64,000 bases of DNA from an uncultured bacterium (GCA_937949615.1 CALEDQ010000004.1:326326-390325), one strand, 5' to 3'. Positions 52,179 through 62,031 are shown, counted from the stretch's first letter. Notes: generated by a model not told the origin, from the letters alone. A program made the numbers and translations.

Positions 52179-52664
52179 ATGAGTAAAAATTTAACAAAAT
52201 CTGAACGCAAGACCCTTGTCGAGCTGAGTTTCATAATGCGATACGAGCAACTTCCGCCTTTCAACGATGGTTTCGTGACAGCAAAATCCAATGGATCAGG
52301 AAAAAAGCGGCTTAGACGGATTCAGGCGAACCTTCAGGCCAACTTTAACGGAGGTGTGTCGGATATATGCAAAATTGCCGCCATTTCCCTCGCTGCCGGC
52401 GTTCATTTTACACAGATAGGGAAGAAGTTCGCAGGCTCAAAGACTATCCGAACCACCCTCGAAGCCAAAGGATGCGATGACAGCTTTATCAGAAAGGTTC
52501 TGGCTCTCGCAGAGAAATTCCCAAAGCTTGTTCTTGTTTCGTGCTGGCCCAGCTCAGAGTTGATGGACGATTGCCTCTTTGACCTGTGGCTGCCTGGTTG
52601 GCGCGAGTGTGAGACCAAACCAGGGGAAATCAAAACTGCAGCCAGCGCCATGGCAAGAGCGTGA
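52179..52664 (+). CDS. Hypothetical protein (last gene of the island)
   Basis: 161-aa ORF preceded by a TTGACT-17-TATAGA promoter-like element at 52110-52138. Confidence 0.4.
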   Translation: MSKNLTKSERKTLVELSFIMRYEQLPPFNDGFVTAKSNGSGKKRLRRIQANLQANFNGGVSDICKIAAISLAAGVHFTQIGKKFAGSKTIRTTLEAKGCDDSFIRKVLALAEKFPKLVLVSCWPSSELMDDCLFDLWLPGWRECETKPGEIKTAASAMARA

Positions 52665-52869
52665 ATTCAGTGATATAAATTATAAATACCGTTGTGAGCC
52701 GGTAAAGAAACAGAAGTGCTTCAATATGTGATAAGATTATTTTTGATATGATTTTATGAAATCAAGAATTTAAGCTTGGCCAGCCACACAGGTGGTAATG
52801 ATTGGTGGTAATATTTTTTTATAATTTTTAACACCAGCACCCAGAAAGCAAAACAAGCCAAACTTTGAC

Positions 52870-52889
52870 TCCCTGCACCCCAGCCGCAA
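52870..52889. repeat. attR: second copy of the 20-bp tRNA-Gln 3'-end repeat
   Basis: TCCCTGCACCCCAGCCGCAA is identical to 34843-34862. Confidence 0.85.
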
Positions 52890-52919
52890 GCCCGCTGCAA
52901 AGCGGGCTTTTGTATTTTT
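52889..52919 (+). terminator. Rho-independent terminator (the displaced native tRNA-Gln terminator)
   Basis: AGCCCGCT-gcaa-AGCGGGCT followed by TTTTGTATTTTT, immediately after attR. Confidence 0.75.
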
Positions 52920-53106
52920 CGGCGGCTTTCAAGGTGTCAGAATGGCATCTTGGAAACCAGGCGATGTAGGCAATTGCAATCGTCGCCAGCCTTATAACTA
53001 TCTCAGGTTTTATAAAGTTTATCCGCAGATTATGCGCACACTGTCGGCACTATCTCGGAATCCTACTGAAAAGTTCGACCCATCACCAGAAATACAGGCT
53101 GATTTG

Positions 53107-53156
53107 AAAGTTTGCGACAAATTTACGCCAAGCTATCTGGGAATGCTCTGTAAATG
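53107..53156. repeat. ~50-bp imperfect direct repeat, copy A; copy B is at 54681-54741
   Basis: aaagtttgcgaca...gccaagctatctgggaatgctctgtaaatg vs aaagtttgcgaca...gccaaactatccgggaatgccatgcaaatg, about 80-85% identity. Confidence 0.6.
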
Positions 53157-53208
53157 GGCTTACCACAAGTGATAAATGCCCCTTATCTTCCCTCAGGAAA
53201 AGCTTCGT

Positions 53209-54252
53209 TCATTCTTTGTCCTCGTCGCTTTTGTCTTCCTGCAGAAGCTTTTTTATGTGGCGGTCAAAGTCTGATTCAAACAGGCGATCCTGAACGATGC
53301 GGTATTTTTCAAATTCACTTTCGGCATGATCTTTTGCTATTTTTGCCGTAACTTTGCCGGGGTTCTGCAGAATTTCACGATCATCGAATTCGAGAAACAT
53401 ATCGAGTCGCTTTGCCCAGTCTTCCATGGTCATGGGTATTTTGCGACGGGCCCGTTCTTCAGCCAGATCGAGATAGGCGTTCACTATACGGCCCAGCGAT
53501 TCAAGCTCTTCTTTACTGAGATAGTTTTTGGCAACCACCACATCGGTTTTTACGATTTTGCCATCGGGGGCTTTTTCCCAGGAGGTCAAGCCCATTTTGG
53601 GCTTCTTGCTGTCAGCGCGTTCCATGATCAGTTCTGCGGCCGTATGACCATGAATGGCGAAATGCAGCTTGTTCTGAACTTTGGCAAAAAACTCTCTGGT
53701 TGTTGGTGCATCGCGGTTATAGTCGACGCTGGTGGAGTAAATATCAGTGATTTTCTGATAAAACCGGCGTTCGCTGAGCCTGATTTCCCTGATTTCTTCG
53801 AGCAAGTGTTCAAAGTAATCTTCGCCAAGAAAAGCGCCGTTTTCCATGCGCTTTTTATCGATCACATAGCCCTTTATTGAAAATTGCCTGAGAACATTGG
53901 TAGCCCATTGTCTGAACTGGATAGCACGTTCGGAATTAACACGAAAACCGATGGCAATGATGGCATCGAGATTGTAGTGATCGATTTTGCGGGAAACCTT
54001 TCTATTGCCTTCCTGTTGAACTATTAGGAAATTCCTAATAGTTGCTTCCCGGCTTATTTCGCCGCTTTCAAAGAGTTTCGTCATGTGTTCATTGATTGTT
54101 GGTATGGTAACTGCGAACAACTCGGCTATCAGTCGCTGAGTCAACCAGACGGTTTCACCTTCCACCCGAACTTCAATACTATTTTCACCGGCCTGGCCGG
54201 TAAATATCAGAAACTCGGCAGTGCTGTTACGAATCTGCAGTTGTTTTTTCAT
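53209..54252 (-). CDS. RhuM-family (virulence protein RhuM / DinD-like) protein
   Basis: IRNFLIVQQEGNRKVSRKIDHYNLDAIIAIGFRVNSERAIQFRQWATNVLRQF is a conserved RhuM core. Confidence 0.7.
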   Translation of the reverse strand: MKKQLQIRNSTAEFLIFTGQAGENSIEVRVEGETVWLTQRLIAELFAVTIPTINEHMTKLFESGEISREATIRNFLIVQQEGNRKVSRKIDHYNLDAIIAIGFRVNSERAIQFRQWATNVLRQFSIKGYVIDKKRMENGAFLGEDYFEHLLEEIREIRLSERRFYQKITDIYSTSVDYNRDAPTTREFFAKVQNKLHFAIHGHTAAELIMERADSKKPKMGLTSWEKAPDGKIVKTDVVVAKNYLSKEELESLGRIVNAYLDLAEERARRKIPMTMEDWAKRLDMFLEFDDREILQNPGKVTAKIAKDHAESEFEKYRIVQDRLFESDFDRHIKKLLQEDKSDEDKE

Positions 54253-54680
54253 CTTAAAGTTCCCCTGAAAATGCCAGGTGCAGCAGCGTTTTTTTTCAAC
54301 CCATCAAGCGCGACGAGCTTTTTCTGGCATTTTTTGGGAAACACCGCATACGCTTTCTGCTCAATTCCGTGTGGGCTGAGCTTCCCTGCACGGCATCTGT
54401 TCGGGATAATTTAACCACGATTGAGCCAGCTGTGCAAGAACCTTGTCTGCAAAGTCGGGTAAATCAGTTCTTCGATTTTCAGACTCAGAAACCTTCTCGC
54501 ATGTTTATACCTGCGTGAACGAAGTAATGCAATTTCTCAAAAAGAATCAGGCTGTTTCACCACGGCAATACCTTTTGCCTACAGCTATGACAAGCTGTGA
54601 AATTTACTGTGACATTACTGTGACAGCTACTATGACAAAATTCTGCAATTAATTGAGCTGGTTTTAAGACATTTAACCAC

Positions 54681-54741
54681 AAAGTTTGCGACATATTCGC
54701 AACATGTTTGCGCCAAACTATCCGGGAATGCCATGCAAATG
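54681..54741. repeat. Direct repeat copy B (with an internal 20-bp duplication)
   Basis: See copy A at 53107-53156. Confidence 0.6.
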
Positions 54742-54809
54742 TCTCACTGGTGGCGAGACTATTTTGTTACAGGCGCAGGTGTCGCTAAATTGTCATAAAG
54801 TAAAATAAG

Positions 54810-54855
54810 TTTTTCGTTATGTTACTTTCGGGGCGAAAAGTAACATAACGAAAAA
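54810..54855. promoter_or_regulatory. Perfect 19-bp inverted repeat TTTTTCGTTATGTTACTTT-(8)-AAAGTAACATAACGAAAAA upstream of hsdM-2
   Basis: Arms are exact reverse complements, flanked by T- and A-runs. Could act as a bidirectional terminator or an operator. Confidence 0.65.
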
Positions 54856-54952
54856 GTCACTCCAGGGCGCAATTTTGGATAAAATTGCTGACAAGGGCGC
54901 GGGCAGAGAGTAATATGGTGGCACGACACCATAAAAATTGCAGAGGTAGCCA

Positions 54953-56410
54953 ATGCTGACCGGGGAAATACGCAACAAAGTCGATGCACTGTGGACCGCA
55001 TTCTGGACCGGCGGCATCGCCAATCCGCTGACCGTTATCGAACAGATTTCATACCTGCTGTTCATCAAGCGTCTCGATGATATTCACACGCTGAAAGAAC
55101 TGCAGGCCAACCGAACCGGCAAGCCGGTCAAAGACCCGATATTCAACGATAAACAACAGCATCTGCGCTGGTCGAAGTTCAAGCACCTTGAACCGGGCGA
55201 AATGCTCGGGCTATTTCAGACAGAAGTTTTTCCGTTCATCAAGAACATGGCGAGCGCCTCTGACACCACATTTGCCAGAGCCATGGCCGATGCCACCTTT
55301 ATTATACCGAAAGCCAGTCTGCTGGCACAGGCGGTCGAACTCATCGAGGATATTCCGATGAAAGACCGTGATACCAAGGGCGATGTTTACGAATACATGC
55401 TCAGCAAGCTTTCTACTGCCGGCCAGAACGGCCAGTTCAGAACGCCGCGCCACATCATCAAAATGATGGTCGAGCTGATGCAGCCGAAAATCAAAGATTT
55501 CATCTGTGACCCGGCCTGCGGCACCGCCGGCTTTCTGGTTGCGGCGGGTGAATACATCAGAACCCACCACGAAATCGACTATCACGCGGCCGAAAACCGC
55601 GAGCATGTGAACGGCCGCCTGTTCAACGGTTTCGACTTCGACACGACCATGCTGCGCATCGGCAGTATGAACATGATGATGCATGGCGTCGAGAACCCGC
55701 ATATCATGTATAAAGACTCGCTGGCAGACAGCAACAAAGAGTCTGAGCAATACACCCTGATTCTTGCCAATCCGCCGTTCAAGGGCAGTCTCGCCGAAAA
55801 CGAAGTTTCGAAGAAGCTGCTCGAAACCGTAAAAACCAAGAAAACCGAGCTGCTGTTTCTGGCCCTGATGCTGCGCCTGCTGAAGGCCGGCGGCCGCTGT
55901 GCCGTCATCGTTCCTGACGGGGTGCTTTTCGGCTCATCAAAAGCCCATCTCGACATTCGGAAAGAGATCATCGACAATCATCGCCTTGAAGCGGTCATTT
56001 CGCTGCCTGCCGGGGTTTTCAAGCCTTACGCCGGCGTCAGTACCGGCATCATGGTTTTCACCAAAACCGGCACCGGTGGCACTGACAATGTCTGGTTCTA
56101 CGACATGCAGACCGATGGTTTCAGTCTTGACGACAAGCGCACCGAGATTGCCGACAACGATATTCCGGATGTTATCAGGCGCTGGCATAATCTCGCGGCC
56201 GAAAACAGCCGCAAGCGCACCGACAAATCTTTCCTGGTGCCCGTCGATGACATCAGAAAAGAAAAATACGACCTGTCGATCAACCGCTACAAACAGATCG
56301 TCTACGACGAAGTCAAGTATGACAAGCCCAAAGAAATCCTGGCCGAAATCATGCAGATCGAAAAAGAAATCCAAAAAGGCCTCGAAGAACTCGACGGTAT
56401 GCTGGGATGA
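54953..56410 (+). CDS. hsdM: Type I RM DNA methyltransferase subunit (HsdM), second system
   Basis: HsdM_N-like N-terminus. QFRTPRHI. DPACGTAGFL. ILANPPFKG is the NPPF catalytic motif. Confidence 0.9.
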   Translation: MLTGEIRNKVDALWTAFWTGGIANPLTVIEQISYLLFIKRLDDIHTLKELQANRTGKPVKDPIFNDKQQHLRWSKFKHLEPGEMLGLFQTEVFPFIKNMASASDTTFARAMADATFIIPKASLLAQAVELIEDIPMKDRDTKGDVYEYMLSKLSTAGQNGQFRTPRHIIKMMVELMQPKIKDFICDPACGTAGFLVAAGEYIRTHHEIDYHAAENREHVNGRLFNGFDFDTTMLRIGSMNMMMHGVENPHIMYKDSLADSNKESEQYTLILANPPFKGSLAENEVSKKLLETVKTKKTELLFLALMLRLLKAGGRCAVIVPDGVLFGSSKAHLDIRKEIIDNHRLEAVISLPAGVFKPYAGVSTGIMVFTKTGTGGTDNVWFYDMQTDGFSLDDKRTEIADNDIPDVIRRWHNLAAENSRKRTDKSFLVPVDDIRKEKYDLSINRYKQIVYDEVKYDKPKEILAEIMQIEKEIQKGLEELDGMLG

Positions 56411-57174
56411 AGCTAATTTACATCGATGAATCAGGGGACACAGGTTTTAATCTGAATGACCAGCAACAGCCTATATTTGTTTTAACAGCCTTAGTAATAC
56501 CAGATTTAATGTGGCCACATCTTGAAAGCGAATACAGGTATGCAATCAATGAATTTTTTCCTGATGGAATACCGGAAGATTTTGAGCTTCATGTTACAGA
56601 CATGAAGGCTAGAAAAAACCATTATAAAAATTTCGACAAAGAACTTGGTGCAAAGTTTAGAGACAGAGTCCTTGAATTTATTTCCGGGCTGGGAGTAAAG
56701 ATTTTTTACCGAAGAATAATAAAAAAACAGTTTCAAAAGTTTTGCGAAAAGCGTTTCGGTATTGTTAGGCTGAGCCCATATCTCATGGCGCTTTCGATGC
56801 TTTGGTTTGAAATTAACAAATATCTTAACGCCCAAGAAGATTTTGGTATGCTGATCTTTGATGACAACAAACATTATTTATCAGACGTAGAAAAAGCCAT
56901 TCGGTCTCTTCGACTTGATCTTAGATTCATGCTGTCGAACAATAAGCTTATTGAAAAAGGCTTCTTTGTTGATTCAAAAAAAAGCATTCCAATTCAATTA
57001 ACAGACCTGCTTGCTTACTATATCAGAAAATATGAGGAACATAAGTTTGGGAAAACAGTAAGCAAAACTGACCAAGACTGCTTTTCTGCGCTAGAAGGAA
57101 TTGCACAGATGGGAACAAAAGTACCAGCCGAATTTAATGAGTTGTTAAAATGGGCAGAAGAAAATTGGAGATAA
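56407..57174 (+). CDS. DUF3800 family protein inserted between hsdM and hsdS
   Basis: N-terminal LIYIDESGDTGF is the signature DUF3800 start. Start overlaps the hsdM stop (ATGA). Confidence 0.7.
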   Translation: MKLIYIDESGDTGFNLNDQQQPIFVLTALVIPDLMWPHLESEYRYAINEFFPDGIPEDFELHVTDMKARKNHYKNFDKELGAKFRDRVLEFISGLGVKIFYRRIIKKQFQKFCEKRFGIVRLSPYLMALSMLWFEINKYLNAQEDFGMLIFDDNKHYLSDVEKAIRSLRLDLRFMLSNNKLIEKGFFVDSKKSIPIQLTDLLAYYIRKYEEHKFGKTVSKTDQDCFSALEGIAQMGTKVPAEFNELLKWAEENWR

Positions 57175-57289
57175 AAAAGCGGCCGCCTCTTTCGATGGAA
57201 CCGTCAATTGACGATTCACTGGCAGTCGCTGTTCAGAATATACGCAATGCGTGTAAATTTGTCAACAAGTATGAAAGGAAGGGCTGCGT

Positions 57290-58465
57290 ATGAGTTGGCC
57301 TGTAAAGCCATTAGGGCAAATTTGCGGAATAGTAGCAGGCCAGTCGCCGCCATCAGAAACTTACAACAAAAATCGGGATGGCATGCCTTTTTTTCAGGGA
57401 AAAGCAGATTTTGGAGAACTATTTCCAACCGTCAGAACATGGTGCTCAAAGCCAAACAAAGTAGCCGAACCGAATGACATTCTGATCTCAGTGAGAGCAC
57501 CAGTAGGAGCAACGAATATCTGTAATGTTACTGCCTGTATTGGTCGCGGTTTGGCTGCCATAAAACCTTCAGAAAAAGTTGTCCAGAAGTATTTACTGTA
57601 TTACTTTCGTTATTTTGAGCCTATTTTATCAGCATCAGGGAACGGTGCAATTTTTTCAGCAATAACAATGTCTGATTTAAAGGAAGTCCAAATCCCACTG
57701 CCGCCACTGGAAGTGCAGAAAAAGATTGCGGCGGTGCTGGAGAAGGCCGATGAGTTGCGACTCAAGCGTGAAGAACAGATAAAGCGCCTCGACGACCTGC
57801 TGCAGGCAACCTTCCTCGACATGTTCGGCGACCCCGTCACCAACCCGAAGGGCTGGCCCGTGAAAAAACTTCAGGATTTATTAAAGGATAAAAAAGACCT
57901 TGTGGACGGCCCATTTGGCTCTTCTGTAAATACCCAAACAGACTATATTGAAAATGGTGAGATACCAGTTATCAGAACAAAAAATGTTGGACTTCTTTGT
58001 TTTAAGCCAGAAGACCTGAAATTCATGACTCGCGAAAAGTATGAAACGGTCAAGAGAAGCCAAGTTCTACCGGGCGATATAGTTCTTACAAAAGTTGGGA
58101 CAATTGGTAACTTATGTCTATTTCCATCTGTTTTTGAAGAAGCAGTGTTGTCAACAACAGGTAGTTGTAGGATCAGGCCCAACAAAGATGCGTTGGAACC
58201 GCTCTTTTTGCTTCATTATCTATACCATTATCGCCCCAGAATGTTGGAAATTGCTTCAACAGCTGTTCAAGCCTTTCTAAATATGAATCATATTAAAAAC
58301 TTTGATATCTTTATTCCGCCCGCTGATAGGCAGAAAAGGTTTGGCGAAGTTTGCAATAGTATTACGTTAAAAGCCAGTAAGTTGGAAAACGGGAGTTCTA
58401 GGATTTCTAGTCTCTTCAACTCCCTCATGCAGCGGGCGTTCAAGGGGGAGCTGGAACTGAGATAA
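57290..58465 (+). CDS. hsdS: Type I RM specificity subunit (HsdS), second system
   Basis: Two TRDs with conserved spacer and coiled coil (LPPLEVQKKIAAVLEKADELRLKRE; LMQRAFKGELEL). Confidence 0.85.
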   Translation: MSWPVKPLGQICGIVAGQSPPSETYNKNRDGMPFFQGKADFGELFPTVRTWCSKPNKVAEPNDILISVRAPVGATNICNVTACIGRGLAAIKPSEKVVQKYLLYYFRYFEPILSASGNGAIFSAITMSDLKEVQIPLPPLEVQKKIAAVLEKADELRLKREEQIKRLDDLLQATFLDMFGDPVTNPKGWPVKKLQDLLKDKKDLVDGPFGSSVNTQTDYIENGEIPVIRTKNVGLLCFKPEDLKFMTREKYETVKRSQVLPGDIVLTKVGTIGNLCLFPSVFEEAVLSTTGSCRIRPNKDALEPLFLLHYLYHYRPRMLEIASTAVQAFLNMNHIKNFDIFIPPADRQKRFGEVCNSITLKASKLENGSSRISSLFNSLMQRAFKGELELR

Positions 58466-58530
58466 CTGGCGGGGCGAAATAGGTGTTGATAAAATGTTGT
58501 AAACAGATAGAATAAAGCATTGAGAGCAGC

Positions 58531-61500
58531 GTGATGAACAACGATAATACACAGAGCGATAAACAGCAGAATCAGAGACAGAGTAACTTCAGTTTTATCG
58601 ATAATAAACTGAAGCAGATCAGAGAGTTTGCGCAGAAAGCCGAACTGCGCGGCCGGCTCGATGCCAGGTATGCGTGCTTTCAGGCCAGGCTGACGGCAGA
58701 AACTGCTCTTAAATGGATTTTCAAAGCTGATCCCGAGCTGTCTCTGCCGTATAACACAATGCTCAGCAATCTGATCAATGATGCGGGTTTCCAGAAGATT
58801 GCCCCGATTCAGGCCAAACGCAGTCTCACCATCATTCAGAAATACGGCAACCTGGCCGCGCACAGCGAACATGCAATAATGGCCCAGGATGCCGTTCTGG
58901 TCATTAAGCAGCTGCACAGCTTTCTATTCTGGCTGCACCGCACCTATTTCGATGTGAACCTGCAGTCAGACTTCGACGAAAAACTCATTCCCGATGCCGG
59001 TGATATTGCCAAAACCAGCAGAAACAAGATTCTTGAGCTCGAACAAAAACACGAAGACGAAGAGAAAAAGCTCAAAGAAGCCCTTGAGGCAGAAAAAGCA
59101 GATAAAGAAGCCTATAAGGCAAAGCTGGCAACCCAGGAAGCAGAAATTGCGCAGCTGAAAGCTCAGATCGCAGCCAAAAAGGCTGAAGCAGAGGCTGTTC
59201 CTGATACACATGATTACTCTGAAGCCGAAACCAGAAAACTGCTTATCGATGTATTGCTGAAGGAAGCAGGCTGGCATAAGGGCTCCCCCGGCCTGAAAGA
59301 AGAATACGAACTCGATGGCGTAGACCGCAACAAGAATTACACCGGCACCGGTTTTGCCGACTACGTTCTCTTCGACGACAACGGCCTGCCGCTCGCGGTC
59401 ATCGAAGCCAAGAAAACCACCAAAGATGCGAAGATCGGCAAATACCAGGCACTCGATTACGCCAACGCCCTCGAAAAGAAGTTCAAGCAGCGCCCGGTCA
59501 TCTTTTATACCAACGGTTACGAAATCTACATCTGGGACGACCACTTCTACCCCGAACGCAAGATTCAGGGCTTCTACAAAAAAGACGAGCTGCAGCTTGC
59601 CATCGAACGCAGAAAAACACGAAAGTCGATTCTCAACCCGGCTATCAACCGCAAAACGGTCGAACGCCCATATCAGCATCTCGCCATTCGGGCAGTTTCC
59701 GAACATTTTGAGACGGGCAATCAAAGAAGAGCCCTGCTGGTTATGGCTACCGGCTCAGGCAAAACCAGACTTACCATCGCTCTGGTCGAAGTGCTGCAGA
59801 AAGCCAACTGGGCCAAGCGCGTGCTGTTCCTCTGCGACCGTGATTCGCTGGTTAAGCAGGCAAAAGGCGCGTTCACGAAGTTCTTGCCGAACTGCCCGGC
59901 GGCTGATTTGAGAGATGCGAAGTCTGACAATCTTTCCAGGGTCTGCCTGTCAACCTATCACACGATGATGAACCTGATCGATGAGTTCAAAGACGGTGAG
60001 AGACTGTTTTCGCCAGGCCATTTCGATCTGCTGGTCATCGACGAGGCTCACCGCAGCATCTATCAGAAGTTCGGAGCGATCTTCGATTACTTTGATTCGT
60101 TCCTGGTCGGCCTGACCGCGACGCCCAGAGATGAAGTCGACAAGAACACCTACCAGATGTTCAACCTGACCAAAGAAGCCGGCCCGGTGTTCGGCTATGA
60201 CCTCGGCGAAGCCATAGATCAGGGCTACCTGCTGAATTATTACAAGGCGGCAGTGTCGACGAAACTCAGCCGCGAAGGCCTTACCTACTCGAAACTCAGC
60301 GACGAAGACAAAGAAGAATACGACCGGCACTTTATCGACGAAGTCACCGGCGAAAGGCCCGAAAAAGTCGGTAAAGAGGCGATCAACAAATGGCTGTTCA
60401 ATATTCCGACCGTCGACAGCTTTTTAAAAGATCTCATGGAAAAGGGCATCAAAATCGCAGGCGGCGACCGGCTTGGCAAAACCATCATTTTCGCGCGTAA
60501 CAGCGACCATGCAAAGTTTATAGTCGAAAGATTCGACGCCAATTATCCGCAATATAAAGGGCATTTCTGCGCTCAGATCGATTACACGCTTGGCAAAGAC
60601 GCCGAAGGCATGATCGACAATTTCAAGAAAGCCGACGGCATGCCACAGATAGCGGTTTCGGTAGACATGCTCGATACCGGAATCGATGTTCCTGAGGTTG
60701 TTAATCTCGTGTTTGCCAAACCCGTTTATTCGAAGGTGAAGTTCTGGCAGATGATCGGCCGCGGCACGAGAAAATGCGAGAATCTGTTCGGCCCCGGTGA
60801 TGACAAGAAGTGCTTCTACGTCTTCGATTACTGCGAAAATTTCGAATTCTTCGAGACCAACCCCGATGGCGTTGAGAGTAACGCGGTGATACCGTTGAGC
60901 CAGCGGATCTTCAGAAATCGTCTGCTACTGGCCGACCTGCTGCAGGATGACAGCAGCGAAGATTCGGTGGCAATCAGAAAAGAGTTTCTGGATAACCTGC
61001 ATGAATATGTGTCGGGCATGTGCGATGCGAACTTTCTGGTGCGGCCGCATCTGCAAAGCGTCACGAAGCTGAAAAACCGGGAAACCTGGGAAAAGCTCGA
61101 TTCTGAGCTGAAGGCGGCGGTGGCGAAAACTATCTCAGGCTTACCCAGCCAGCTGGAACAGGATGATGAATATGCCAAACGATGGGATCATCTGCTGCTG
61201 AAAACAGAGCTGGCGCTGCTTGAGAAGTCTGGCGAATACGTTTCCCTGATGAAGAAGATCAGAAAGATTGCCGACAAGCTCGAAGACAAGACGACGATAC
61301 CAGACGTCAAAAAACAGCTGGAATTCATTCAGGCGATCAAGACCGATGAATTCTGGGAAGGCATGAACCTTAAAGCTCTCGAAGAGATCAGAAAGCGTCT
61401 CAGACTGCTGATCAAATACATCGATCCGGGCGAGAAGCAGATCGTTTATTCGAACTTCAGCGACACCCTGACTGCGCCTGCAGTATTCGAGCCAGGCACC

Positions 61501-62031
61501 GAGGCATTCAAGAACGACGAACTGGCAGCCTACCGACAGAAAATGAACGCTGTAATCGATCAAAACCTCGATAAAGAGGTGATCTGGAAGGTCAGATGTA
61601 ATCGACCTCTGACTGCTGCCGACCTGAAACAGCTCGAAAAAATTCTCGAACTCAGCACATCAGAAGACAAAGAGTTGTTCAGGGAAGCTTATCAGAGCGG
61701 TTTCCGGGCAAAGACCGGCACAGACAACTCCAGTCTTGAGCTGCTGATCAGGTCTATCGTCGGCCTGGATCGAAAAGCGGTCGAAAAAGAATTTGCGGAT
61801 TTTATCGAGAAATCGAACCTTACCTCATTACAACTGGCCTTTGTGAGCAAGATCATCGACTACTTCGCCGAAGACGGCTTTGTCAGGGATGACATTCTCT
61901 ATGAACCGCCATTCAGCGACATGTATCACGACGGCCCCGAGGGCCTGTTCGGCGACCGCGTCGAAACCCTCTTCGCCCGTATCCAGCGATTAAACGGCCT
62001 GAAATCTGCCGACCGCCCGGCAAAGAATTGA
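58531..62031 (+). CDS. hsdR: Type I restriction enzyme R subunit (HsdR) with an N-terminal DUF4145-like extension
   Basis: Nuclease core GFADYVLFDDNGLPLAVIEAKK. Helicase motifs MATGSGKT and DEAHRS. An extra ~230-aa N-terminal domain plus a coiled coil. Confidence 0.9.
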   Translation: MMNNDNTQSDKQQNQRQSNFSFIDNKLKQIREFAQKAELRGRLDARYACFQARLTAETALKWIFKADPELSLPYNTMLSNLINDAGFQKIAPIQAKRSLTIIQKYGNLAAHSEHAIMAQDAVLVIKQLHSFLFWLHRTYFDVNLQSDFDEKLIPDAGDIAKTSRNKILELEQKHEDEEKKLKEALEAEKADKEAYKAKLATQEAEIAQLKAQIAAKKAEAEAVPDTHDYSEAETRKLLIDVLLKEAGWHKGSPGLKEEYELDGVDRNKNYTGTGFADYVLFDDNGLPLAVIEAKKTTKDAKIGKYQALDYANALEKKFKQRPVIFYTNGYEIYIWDDHFYPERKIQGFYKKDELQLAIERRKTRKSILNPAINRKTVERPYQHLAIRAVSEHFETGNQRRALLVMATGSGKTRLTIALVEVLQKANWAKRVLFLCDRDSLVKQAKGAFTKFLPNCPAADLRDAKSDNLSRVCLSTYHTMMNLIDEFKDGERLFSPGHFDLLVIDEAHRSIYQKFGAIFDYFDSFLVGLTATPRDEVDKNTYQMFNLTKEAGPVFGYDLGEAIDQGYLLNYYKAAVSTKLSREGLTYSKLSDEDKEEYDRHFIDEVTGERPEKVGKEAINKWLFNIPTVDSFLKDLMEKGIKIAGGDRLGKTIIFARNSDHAKFIVERFDANYPQYKGHFCAQIDYTLGKDAEGMIDNFKKADGMPQIAVSVDMLDTGIDVPEVVNLVFAKPVYSKVKFWQMIGRGTRKCENLFGPGDDKKCFYVFDYCENFEFFETNPDGVESNAVIPLSQRIFRNRLLLADLLQDDSSEDSVAIRKEFLDNLHEYVSGMCDANFLVRPHLQSVTKLKNRETWEKLDSELKAAVAKTISGLPSQLEQDDEYAKRWDHLLLKTELALLEKSGEYVSLMKKIRKIADKLEDKTTIPDVKKQLEFIQAIKTDEFWEGMNLKALEEIRKRLRLLIKYIDPGEKQIVYSNFSDTLTAPAVFEPGTEAFKNDELAAYRQKMNAVIDQNLDKEVIWKVRCNRPLTAADLKQLEKILELSTSEDKELFREAYQSGFRAKTGTDNSSLELLIRSIVGLDRKAVEKEFADFIEKSNLTSLQLAFVSKIIDYFAEDGFVRDDILYEPPFSDMYHDGPEGLFGDRVETLFARIQRLNGLKSADRPAKN

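Larger units (their letters stand above)
34843..52889. mobile_element. ~18 kb integrative genomic island (P4-like satellite / PICI-like) in tRNA-Gln, carrying a Type I RM system and a phage recombination module
   Basis: Bounded by the 20-bp direct repeats. Integrase lies immediately next to the tRNA, followed by alpA and a P4-family primase. Phage-type cargo (ERF, Cas4-like nuclease). The native tRNA terminator is retained at attR. Confidence 0.8.

Noticed and set aside
54370-54385. Possible third att copy (tccctgcac)
   Set aside because: Only a 9-10-nt match to the att core, which is within chance expectation.
55211-55977. Two minus-strand ORFs (179 aa and 131 aa)
   Set aside because: Both lie inside hsdM-2, which has an unambiguous NPPF methyltransferase signature on the plus strand.
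59354-59911. 185-aa plus-strand ORF rich in S/T/R, and the minus-strand ORF 58966-59724
   Set aside because: They are internal to, or antisense of, the hsdR-2 coding sequence (coiled-coil K/E-rich region) in a different frame.
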